30,996 nt of DNA from Verrucomicrobiota bacterium (lineage in GTDB: Bacteria > Verrucomicrobiota > Verrucomicrobiia > Limisphaerales > SXQI01). Made by a program: the position numbers and the translations under genes. Within the stretch, counting starts at the first letter, position 1; every line of letters starts with the position of its first letter. Under the pieces are notes generated by a model. The model was not told where the DNA came from. It made no database searches and saw only the letters and a list, made by a program, of their open reading frames with translations. Below are positions 9,524 to 17,544 of this stretch, one piece after another. The stretch is taken from positions 1-30,996 of the forward strand of contig JANRLX010000010.1 of the NCBI GenBank assembly GCA_033762115.1, read 5' to 3'.

Positions 9524-11017
9524 ATGCCGAAATTTTCGCAAACACTCATCCCTCTTGGCTGCCTTGCATTCAGCTTGTTTGCCGATGACCAGCCTCAATG
9601 GGGCGCGGCATGGTCGCGCAACATGGTTTCCACCGAACGCAATCTACCTGATGGCTTCGACCCCAAAACAGGACGATCCATTAAATGGAGCATTCCGCTG
9701 GGAACTGAAACTCACTCAACCCCTGTCATTGCCAATGGCCGTGTTTACATCGGCACCAACAATGGTCAGCCACGCGATCCAAAACACCAGGGGGATCGTG
9801 GTGTCCTGATGTGCCTGAATGAAAAGGATGGCGCGCTCCTCTGGCAATTGGTGGTCCCAAAGCGGGAAGAGGATCCCTACCTCGATTGGCCAAAAAGCGG
9901 CATCTCTTCCCCTGCCACAGTCGATGGGAATGTTGTTTATACGGTGACCAGCCGGGGGGAAGTTGTGGCTCTTGATCCCGAAGGAATGGCTAATGGGAAT
10001 GATGGCACTTTTCAGTTCGAAGGCAAACACATGGCCCGCACCAATTTTCCAGCCATGGAACCAGGAAGCCTGGACGGAGACATCCTTTGGCTTTACGACC
10101 TGACTTCAGGAGCAGGCATCTGGTCCCACGACGGCGCGCACAGCTCCATTCTGGTGCATGGTAATTACCTCTATCTCAACAGCGGCACCGGAGTGGACAA
10201 CACTCATCGAAGAATCCGGACACCTGATGCCCCAAGCCTGGTCGTTCTTGATAAACGCACAGGTCGTTTGGTCGCGAGGGAATTTGAAGGAATCGCACCT
10301 CATATTTTCCACTGCACATGGTCCTCCCCATCCATGGCCACGGTGAATGGAAAGGAATTGTTGTTCTTCGCCGGCGGAAACGGAATTGTCTATGCCTTCG
10401 AGCCGTATAGAGAAATCCCAGGGCAATCAACCCCCGCTCCCCTAAAAAAAGTCTGGCAATTCGACATCGATCCCACTGCGCCAAAAACCGATGTCCATCG
10501 CTACACCGGAAATAAGAGGGAAGGACCCAGTAATATCTTTGGCATGCCAGTTTTTGATCGTGGTGAACTCTTCGTTGCGGGTGGAGGAGACATTTGGTGG
10601 GGCAAAAATGATTGCTGGCTCAAGGCCTTCTCTGCCAGCGGTTCAGGCGATATCACCGCTTCCAATGAATCATGGACCTTTCCTCTTTCCCGGCATGTAC
10701 TTTCCTCCCCGGCGGTGACAGCGGATCTCGTCTTCATCGCTGATTGCGGTGGAATGATCTATTGCCTCGACCGAAAAAATGGAAAGGAATTATGGTCCCA
10801 TGAACTCGGTGGGGAGATCTGGGCATCCCCGTATGTGGCTGACGGAAAGGTTTACCTGGGCACCCGGCGCGGATTATTTGCTGTGTTTGCTGCCGCACCA
10901 GAAAAGCAGCTTCTCAGCGAACTCAAACTGAGCAGTGGGATCAGCGCGACGGTTACTGCCGCCAATGGAGTTCTGTATCTCGCAACAATGGACACTCTCC
11001 ACGCCTTAACTCGCTAA
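9524..11017 (+). CDS. Exported PQQ-like (BamB-like) beta-propeller repeat protein
   Basis: Start reassigned to ATG 9524, which gives a signal peptide (MPKFSQTLIPLGCLAFSLFA) followed by DQPQWG. Repeats STPVIANGRVYIG, SSPAT, SSPAV, ASPYVADGKVYLG and G..LW. Confidence 0.88.
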   Translation: MPKFSQTLIPLGCLAFSLFADDQPQWGAAWSRNMVSTERNLPDGFDPKTGRSIKWSIPLGTETHSTPVIANGRVYIGTNNGQPRDPKHQGDRGVLMCLNEKDGALLWQLVVPKREEDPYLDWPKSGISSPATVDGNVVYTVTSRGEVVALDPEGMANGNDGTFQFEGKHMARTNFPAMEPGSLDGDILWLYDLTSGAGIWSHDGAHSSILVHGNYLYLNSGTGVDNTHRRIRTPDAPSLVVLDKRTGRLVAREFEGIAPHIFHCTWSSPSMATVNGKELLFFAGGNGIVYAFEPYREIPGQSTPAPLKKVWQFDIDPTAPKTDVHRYTGNKREGPSNIFGMPVFDRGELFVAGGGDIWWGKNDCWLKAFSASGSGDITASNESWTFPLSRHVLSSPAVTADLVFIADCGGMIYCLDRKNGKELWSHELGGEIWASPYVADGKVYLGTRRGLFAVFAAAPEKQLLSELKLSSGISATVTAANGVLYLATMDTLHALTR

Positions 11018-11094
11018 CAACCGGATCGCCCGCCAAATTGAGGTTGACTACAGATTGGGATCATCGCGACAGTGGACCAGGATTTGGGCACTTC

Positions 11095-12309
11095 ATGAAA
11101 AAAACAGCGGAATACGTTCAGGGCAGGGCTTTGGCAGCCATAGAAATTGGTCAACTGGTCAATCTGATCGTGGGTGATGCAGTCGAATGCGGTGCCAGTG
11201 ACATCCATATTGAACCATGGGAAGACCATCTCATGGTCAGGCTGCGTCTCAACGGCGTTTTGACCGAACTGGTCCATGCTCCCCTGGAATTGACGGACAA
11301 AATTGCCGCTCGTCTCAAGGTCATGGCAAACCTTGTGAATTACGTCACTGACCTCCCGCAGGAAGGGCACGTTCCAGCAAGTCCGGAGATTGGCAATGTC
11401 GAACTTCGCATCTCTGTCTTTCCAACCGTTCGTGGAGAAAAAATTGTTATCCGCATCTTCGATCCAAGCAAACGAAGCTTTGACCTAAGCCAGCTGGGTT
11501 TTGAACAATCCTCGCTTCGCACTTTCATTTCCATGCTCTCCCGTCCAAGCGGTTTGTTGCTCCTGACCGGGCCCACAGGGTCCGGAAAGACAACCGTGAT
11601 TTATGCTGCCTTGACTCATTTGATCAACCGCTTCGGCCTCAGCATCAGTATCAGCACAGTTGAAGATCCGGTTGAGTTTCACCTGCCCATGGTCAGTCAG
11701 GCCCAGATCAATCCAAACAAGGAGTTCAGCTATCCCATTGCCCTGAGATCATTGATGCGGCAGGACCCGCAGGTCATTATGATCGGGGAAATTCGGGACG
11801 CTGAAACCGCCGCCATCGCGGTGCAGGCAGGTTTGACCGGCCATCTCGTCATCAGCACCATTCACAGCGGAAGCACTGCAGGAGTTTTCGCCAGGCTCAT
11901 CAACATGGAAATCGAGCCCTTTCTTCTTTCCTCAAGCATTGTCGGAGTCATGGGCCTACGTTTGATCCGAAACAACTGCCCCTATTGCGCCAGGCCTTAC
12001 CAACCTGAACCTTCCAATTTGCGGATTCTTCCTCCCGAACTCGTCGAGAATGCTTCTTTTCGCAAAGGCGATGGCTGCGAACAGTGTAGCAACACAGGTT
12101 TCCTCGGCCGTTCCTCAATTACAGAAATGCTGATCGTCGATGAACCAATCCGGGATGCCATTCTGCAAAAGTTACCAACCCGCACCTTGCAGAAAGTGGC
12201 TGTGGAGTCAGGGATGCGCCCTCTGTGGGATGCAGGGCTGACGCATGTCGCCAACGGTTCCACCACCCTCGAGGAACTGCTCCGTGTCGTGGCGGTGGAT
12301 CAGTTTTGA
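11095..12309 (+). CDS. GspE/PulE/PilB-family secretion or pilus assembly ATPase
   Basis: ASDIHIEP, Walker [11 protein letters not shown], Asp box [21 protein letters not shown], His box [14 protein letters not shown]...CEQC zinc motif. Start placed at ATG 11095; the track uses TTG 11038. Confidence 0.93.
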   Translation: MKKTAEYVQGRALAAIEIGQLVNLIVGDAVECGASDIHIEPWEDHLMVRLRLNGVLTELVHAPLELTDKIAARLKVMANLVNYVTDLPQEGHVPASPEIGNVELRISVFPTVRGEKIVIRIFDPSKRSFDLSQLGFEQSSLRTFISMLSRPSGLLLLTGPTGSGKTTVIYAALTHLINRFGLSISISTVEDPVEFHLPMVSQAQINPNKEFSYPIALRSLMRQDPQVIMIGEIRDAETAAIAVQAGLTGHLVISTIHSGSTAGVFARLINMEIEPFLLSSSIVGVMGLRLIRNNCPYCARPYQPEPSNLRILPPELVENASFRKGDGCEQCSNTGFLGRSSITEMLIVDEPIRDAILQKLPTRTLQKVAVESGMRPLWDAGLTHVANGSTTLEELLRVVAVDQF

Positions 12310-12310
12310 G

Positions 12311-12640
12311 CTACTTCAGAAACGAGCAAATATACTCGCAAATTCCCGTCTCCACTCCAATTTCAAAACCGGAGTTGCCTGGAACATCGAATACCTCCCC
12401 CTGCTTGTAAGTTGAGGTCACGAGAGTCCCATCCAGCTTGACTGAACAAGACCCGGCCACGATTTCCATTTTCTCCGGCTGCCCGGTATTGAAATGAAAC
12501 CTGCCAGGAAAGATCAGTCCCAGGGTTTTCTTTGAGCCATCGGGGAACATCAACGCATGACTCACCACTTTTCCATCAAAATAGACGTTAGCTTTCGTTG
12601 AAACCGAGACTCCATGGAACTGTTCTGTAATTCCTGACAT
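12311..12640 (-). CDS. ppnP: Pyrimidine/purine nucleoside phosphorylase (DUF1255 cupin)
   Basis: KANVYFDGKVVS, KTLG, F.T..PE.MEI..G, F.VPGNSGF, EYICSF. Start placed at ATG 12640. Confidence 0.88.
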   Translation of the reverse strand: MSGITEQFHGVSVSTKANVYFDGKVVSHALMFPDGSKKTLGLIFPGRFHFNTGQPEKMEIVAGSCSVKLDGTLVTSTYKQGEVFDVPGNSGFEIGVETGICEYICSFLK

Positions 12641-12702
12641 AGGCGCTGAGTTTTTCGGCTGCTGTTCATTTGTCAAGGGACAAAGCCGCGCCGCGACGTG
12701 AA

Positions 12703-13158
12703 CTAGCTTCCCTTCCGGGATTTCGAAATGATTAACTGGATGTTTTCTAAAAGTAACTGCATCGAAAATGGTTTATATAAAGTGAGCGCTCGAACACTTT
12801 TTATAAATAACGCCAGCTTCTCATTCCCCTGGTGACCGGTAATGAAAATGAACCGTTTGCACAGGTGCGGCTTGGTTCTTTCCACCGCCCGATAAAACAT
12901 GTCACCGGGCAGGTTGGGCATCATCAAGTCGCAAAGGATCGCGTCAAAATCGGCAGCCATTACCTGCTTCAATCCTTCCACCCCATCTTTCACCCGTGTC
13001 ACTTTGTAACCATTTTCCTCGAGAAACAATTTTAACGTCTCCCCCAGGTCCGGATCATCTTCAAGCACCAGCAGATTGATGGCTGATTGCGGCAACTCAT
13101 CATCTGGAACTTCGTAGGTTTTTTGTTCGATCGGCGGGATGAACTTGAGGGGTTGCAT
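12703..13158 (-). CDS. Single-domain response regulator (receiver only)
   Basis: LLVLEDD, phosphoacceptor ILCDLMMPNLPG, FITG, KPF. Confidence 0.9.
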   Translation of the reverse strand: MQPLKFIPPIEQKTYEVPDDELPQSAINLLVLEDDPDLGETLKLFLEENGYKVTRVKDGVEGLKQVMAADFDAILCDLMMPNLPGDMFYRAVERTKPHLCKRFIFITGHQGNEKLALFIKSVRALTLYKPFSMQLLLENIQLIISKSRKGS

Positions 13159-13221
13159 TGCTGCTGCAGGTTTTCTGCTCTGGCTTTATAGGAAGTTCTT
13201 AGCCAGCTGACAAGTTCAATC

Positions 13222-14799
13222 CTACTGCCCTTCCTGCTCCAGTTCAGGCAATGGCTCTGTATCGGAAGTTTCCTCCCCTGTTTCAAGGTCGCTTCTGGCC
13301 GCCAGGAACGCTTTCAACTCAGCTGCTGCCTTCCCTCCAAAGCCGGGCACTGCCGCGATCTGTTCCAGTGTGGCGGTGCGCAGCCGTTGAATCGAACCAA
13401 ACTTTTTCAGTAATTGCGCTTTCCGTTGCTGGCCTATTCCAGGGAACTCATCCAACAGGCTTTCTGAGATCTTTTTGATGCGTAGCTGTGCATTATAAGT
13501 ATTGGCAAAACGATGCGATTCATCCCGCACCCGTTGCAATAACTTCAATGCCCCGGTCGAATGCTCCAGCCGAAGCGGCTCGGACTCTCCAGGGCGATAA
13601 ATTTCCTCAAATTCCTTCGCCAATCCGATGATTGGTACATGAGTCAGCTTTAGCTTCGCCAGTTCCGCACAGGCTGCATTTAACTGCCCTTTTCCACCAT
13701 CAATCAAAATCAAATCAGGTAATTTCGGCCTGGTTTCAATTCCCGCCTCCGCTGTGGCTTCCTCCGCTTCCTTGAGCAAGCGGCTGTAGCGGCGACGCAC
13801 CGTTTCCGCCATGCACGCAAAATCGTCCTGCCCAACCACCGTCTTCATTTTAAAACGTCTGTAATTCGACCGGTCCGGCCGCCCACCCTTGAAACTCACC
13901 ATTGAGGCAACCGCAAACGTCCCGCTGATGTTCGAAATATCGAAACCTTCAATTCTGAGTGGCGCTCCCGGCAGCCCAAGAACTGATCCCAACTCCGCAA
14001 CATCCTTCTCCGGGTCAATCGCCAGTGGTAATTTGTACGGCAACCGCTCGAACTTTTCAGTTCGCATCATTGTCCGCTTTAAATCCTGCAGCGCATCCCG
14101 AAGCTGCGCCGCTTTTTCAAAATCCAGTGCCGTCGCAGCCTTTTTCATTTCCTCCTGGAGCTGCTTCTCCATCTCATCACTTTGCCCCGACAGAAAATCA
14201 CACGCCGCCCGCACCTGGAGAAGGTACTCTTCCCGTGAAATATTCCCGATGCATGGAGCCGTGCAAAATTTCAGGTTTCCATAAAGGCAATGTTTATAAT
14301 CCTGGTCCGTCGGCGTGAAAGCCCGGCATCCCCTCAAATTAAATTTCTTCCGCACCATGCTGAGCGTACTCCTCAGCGCCGCAGAGTGGGCAAACGGCCC
14401 GAAATAACGCGCGCTGTCATCCTGCTTCAGTCGAGTTAATGTAAATCGGGGAATCGGATCGTTCAGGTTTACTTTCAATAACAGGAAACGCTTGTCATCC
14501 CGGAAGGAAATGTTGTAACGCGGCTGAAATTCCTTGATCAGCCTCCCTTCAAGAAGCAGCGCTTCCGGTTCGCTGCGGACAACATGAATATCCAGGTCAT
14601 GAATTGCATCCACCAACGCACTCAGTTTCAAATCCCAGCCATGGCGGCGCGATGGATGAAAATATTGCGACACCCTCTTTTTTAAATCCCGGGCTTTCCC
14701 CACGTAAATGACCGTTCCAAACCGGTCCTTCATCAAATAAATTCCCGGTTTGTGCGGCAGCTGATTGAGTTTGTTGCGGATATGCTCCGTCGCCGGCAT
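13222..14799 (-). CDS. uvrC: Excinuclease ABC subunit C
   Basis: GIY-YIG (PGIYLMKD...IYVGKA), Cys cluster, UVR domain (LDFEKAAQLRD), RIEGFDISN, DLILIDGGKGQL, RDESHRFA, HhH (PGIG, VPGFG). Start placed at ATG 14799. Confidence 0.96.
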   Translation of the reverse strand: MPATEHIRNKLNQLPHKPGIYLMKDRFGTVIYVGKARDLKKRVSQYFHPSRRHGWDLKLSALVDAIHDLDIHVVRSEPEALLLEGRLIKEFQPRYNISFRDDKRFLLLKVNLNDPIPRFTLTRLKQDDSARYFGPFAHSAALRSTLSMVRKKFNLRGCRAFTPTDQDYKHCLYGNLKFCTAPCIGNISREEYLLQVRAACDFLSGQSDEMEKQLQEEMKKAATALDFEKAAQLRDALQDLKRTMMRTEKFERLPYKLPLAIDPEKDVAELGSVLGLPGAPLRIEGFDISNISGTFAVASMVSFKGGRPDRSNYRRFKMKTVVGQDDFACMAETVRRRYSRLLKEAEEATAEAGIETRPKLPDLILIDGGKGQLNAACAELAKLKLTHVPIIGLAKEFEEIYRPGESEPLRLEHSTGALKLLQRVRDESHRFANTYNAQLRIKKISESLLDEFPGIGQQRKAQLLKKFGSIQRLRTATLEQIAAVPGFGGKAAAELKAFLAARSDLETGEETSDTEPLPELEQEGQ

Positions 14800-14848
14800 G
14801 GTCGCACAATCTCGCGCAATTGCCGGAACCTGTAAAATTGATTCCGAT

Positions 14849-14878
14849 TTGCCCAACCCACCCTTCTCCCGTTAGCCT
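14849..14878 (+). promoter_or_regulatory. Candidate promoter for the PHP phosphatase gene, probably leaderless
   Basis: TTGCCC-18 nt-TAGCCT ending 6 nt before ATG 14885, with no Shine-Dalgarno. Confidence 0.35.
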
Positions 14879-14884
14879 CAGCAG

Positions 14885-15685
14885 ATGAACTGGCCGTCCG
14901 ACTATCATATGCACACTCCACTTTGCCGTCATGCGGTGGGTGAACCTGTTGAATATGCCCGGCGCGCCGTTGAATTGGGCCTTGCCGAAATCGGCATGTC
15001 AGACCATAGCCCGATGCAAAAAGACGACTTTGATAATTGGCGGATGCGCTACGATCAACTTGATCTGTATGTCTCAAAAGTCCGTGAAGCTCAGAAAGCC
15101 TTTCCTGAACTCAAAATTCTTCTTTCCCTGGAAGTGGACTACCTGCCGGGACAGGAGGACTGGATTCGCCACCTGGCTGGACTTTACGAATGGGATTACC
15201 TGATCGGCTCCGTTCATTATGTTTCAGAAACATGGGACCTTGATAACCCCGCCAAACTCTCTGAATGGGCCCGGCGCGATCCCTTTGAAGTCTGGAGCGC
15301 TTACTTCGCTCGGTTGACCATGGCAGCGCGTTCCGGTCTGTTCGACATCATCGGCCATGCTGACCTTCCCAAAAAATTCTGCTTCTACCCGAAACAGGAT
15401 TGCACTCCCATGTTTTCAGAATTTCTCGATACGGTTAAAACCCAGGGGATCGCCATTGAAATCAATACCGCTGGATTGCGGAAGGATTGCCGGGAGATTT
15501 ACCCCTCCCCTGCTTTTCTGCAATTGGCTGCACAACGCAATGTGGCCCTTACCTTCGGATCAGACGCCCATGCGCCAGAAGAAGTGGGTATGAATTTCAA
15601 TGAAGCGATTACCGCGGCGAAAACCGCTGGATTCAAAACGCGCCGGGTATTCCGGTCCCGTCAATTCCAGGATTTTTTCTTGTAA
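14885..15685 (+). CDS. hisJ: PHP-family histidinol-phosphatase (HisJ/HisK type)
   Basis: DYHMHTPLCRHA, SDHSP, LEVDY, DYLIGSVHY, IIGHADL, IEINTAG, GSDAH.P. Confidence 0.88.
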   Translation: MNWPSDYHMHTPLCRHAVGEPVEYARRAVELGLAEIGMSDHSPMQKDDFDNWRMRYDQLDLYVSKVREAQKAFPELKILLSLEVDYLPGQEDWIRHLAGLYEWDYLIGSVHYVSETWDLDNPAKLSEWARRDPFEVWSAYFARLTMAARSGLFDIIGHADLPKKFCFYPKQDCTPMFSEFLDTVKTQGIAIEINTAGLRKDCREIYPSPAFLQLAAQRNVALTFGSDAHAPEEVGMNFNEAITAAKTAGFKTRRVFRSRQFQDFFL

Positions 15686-15712
15686 AAAAAAGCGGCCCCT
15701 TTCGGACCGCTT
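15684..15712 (-). terminator. Intrinsic terminator downstream of rho
   Basis: Minus strand AAGCGGTCC-GAAAG-GGGCCGCTT (9 bp with one G-U) running into a T8 tract, between convergent rho and hisJ. Confidence 0.85.
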
Positions 15713-15739
15713 CGTCAAACTACTTCAACCCGGAACAGA

Positions 15740-17431
15740 TCAGCCCGGCCCCATGGTCAGGAGGAACTCGATGTTGCTTCGGGTCTTCTTCAACTTCGCA
15801 AGCATCAATTCCATCGCTTCAACCGGGGGCACCCCGGTCAATGCACGGCGCAACATGACCACTTTGCTGTATTCGTCAGGATGATAGAGCAATTCCTCCT
15901 TACGCGTTCCGGAAAGCTCAATGTTGATCGAAGGAAAAATCCGGCGGTCCACCAGGTGCCGGTCAAGATGAACCTCCATGTTCCCTGTTCCCTTGAATTC
16001 TTCGAAGATCACTTCATCCATGCGCGATCCCGTGTCCACAAGCGCCGTCGCAATAATGGTTAACGACCCGCCTTCCTCGATATTTCGCGCAGCGCCAAAG
16101 AAACGTTTCGGTTTGTGAAGCGCGTTGGCGTCCACGCCACCTGAAAGAATCTTTCCGGAGTGCGGTTGCACAGTATTATAGGCACGTGCAAGGCGTGTGA
16201 TCGAATCCAGCAGGATCACGACATCTTTTTTGTGCTCAACCATTCGCCGGGCTTTTTCGATCACCATTTCCGCCACCTGCACATGCCGTTCCGGCGGTTC
16301 ATCGAACGTGGAACTGATCACCTCGGCAGGTTTGCAACTCCGTTCCATGTCCGTGACTTCCTCAGGACGTTCATCAATCAGCAGAATGAAAAGGTAAGCT
16401 TCAGGATTATTCTTGAGGACTGCATTGGCCAGCTTCTGCATCAACACGGTTTTGCCAGTGCGCGGTGGCGCCACAATCAATCCGCGGGTGCCCTTTCCAA
16501 TCGGACAGACCAGGTCCAGCACTCTCGTCGAAAGTTCATCAGAGGCAGTTTCCAGGAGGAAACGGCGGTTGGGAAAGAGGGGGGTTAAATTATCAAAATG
16601 GATTTTGTCCTTGGCCTTTTCCGGGTCTTCCTTGCCAACAGCTTCAACCTTCAACAAGGCAAAAAATCGTTCCTTGTCCTTCGGTGGACGAATCTGCCCC
16701 GCGATCAAATCACCTGTCTGCAGGTCAAACCGGCGGATTTGGGAAGGGGAAACGTAAATGTCCTCCGGACAGGGCAAATAATTGAAGCTCTGGGAGCGCA
16801 AAAATCCAAAACCTTCGGGCAAAATCTCCAGCACCCCCTCAGAAAACAAAATCCCATTATTTTCGGCATTCTTTTGCAGGATGTGAAAAATCACTTCATG
16901 CTTTTTCATCGTGCCGAAATTCTCAATGCCCATCCCCTTGGCCTTTGAATTCAGCTCCGGCATCGACATTGCCTGGAGTTCCGCAATATTGACTGTCACT
17001 CCCTGTCCCCGAGGTTGTCGCTGCTGCCGTTCCTCCTCCTCTTCATTGCTTTCCTGCGGAGGCCGTTGCTGGGGGCGGTCACGGCGGTCATCACGCCTCT
17101 GTTCCCGCCGGTCATCCCGCCGTTGGGAAGGAGCCTGGGGCGGGTTCACCGGGCCGCGGGCCGCGCCCGGGACCGGTTCAACGTTTTCTACCGGCCTGCT
17201 ACTCTGGGAATCCTCCTGGTCCGGAGATTGAATCGGTTCCTCTGCTTGCGGACGCAATGACAAATCGGATTCTGGCGCCACTGCAACCTGGGCGGTCACG
17301 CCTTCCGCTGGTTCTTCCGTCGGCGATTGAGCTGCGGTTTCAGGGCCATTGTTATCCAACGGCAATTCGTCACGTTTCACTTTCCCGCGCGGCTTGTAGG
17401 CCCGTCGGGGAGTTGTTACTGGTTTAGGCAT
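15740..17431 (-). CDS. rho: Transcription termination factor Rho with long N-terminal low-complexity extension
   Basis: [89 protein letters not shown]. Start placed at ATG 17431. Confidence 0.97.
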   Translation of the reverse strand: MPKPVTTPRRAYKPRGKVKRDELPLDNNGPETAAQSPTEEPAEGVTAQVAVAPESDLSLRPQAEEPIQSPDQEDSQSSRPVENVEPVPGAARGPVNPPQAPSQRRDDRREQRRDDRRDRPQQRPPQESNEEEEERQQRQPRGQGVTVNIAELQAMSMPELNSKAKGMGIENFGTMKKHEVIFHILQKNAENNGILFSEGVLEILPEGFGFLRSQSFNYLPCPEDIYVSPSQIRRFDLQTGDLIAGQIRPPKDKERFFALLKVEAVGKEDPEKAKDKIHFDNLTPLFPNRRFLLETASDELSTRVLDLVCPIGKGTRGLIVAPPRTGKTVLMQKLANAVLKNNPEAYLFILLIDERPEEVTDMERSCKPAEVISSTFDEPPERHVQVAEMVIEKARRMVEHKKDVVILLDSITRLARAYNTVQPHSGKILSGGVDANALHKPKRFFGAARNIEEGGSLTIIATALVDTGSRMDEVIFEEFKGTGNMEVHLDRHLVDRRIFPSINIELSGTRKEELLYHPDEYSKVVMLRRALTGVPPVEAMELMLAKLKKTRSNIEFLLTMGPG

Positions 17432-17452
17432 ATCTACTGGGTAAAATGATCG

Positions 17453-17523
17453 GACGGCAGGAGTTTTCCCTGGATTGTCATGTAACAATCCAATCCGCAA
17501 TTACGCGCGGATGTCGTGCCGCC
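17453..17523 (-). ncRNA. Candidate structured cis-regulatory RNA (four-way junction) in the rho leader
   Basis: P1 GGCGGCA/UGCCGUC encloses P2 AUCCGCG/UGCGGAU, P3 UGGAUUGUU/GACAAUCCA and a short GGG-AAAA-CUC hairpin. Pairings were read directly from the sequence; no family recognised. Confidence 0.5.
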
Positions 17524-17544
17524 TAATGCGCCTCTTAGCTTGTT

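Noticed and set aside
8836..9549. 237-aa minus-strand ORF
   Set aside because: Almost entirely antisense to the acyl-CoA ligase, with no recognisable features.
14800..14884. SOS box upstream of uvrC (also checked upstream of the photolyase)
   Set aside because: No TGTTC-N4-GAACA, CTGT-N8-ACAG or GAAC-N4-GTTC pattern seen.
17432..17500. TTG-started extension of Rho in the ORF track
   Set aside because: Runs through the structured leader; ATG 17431 is the more plausible start.
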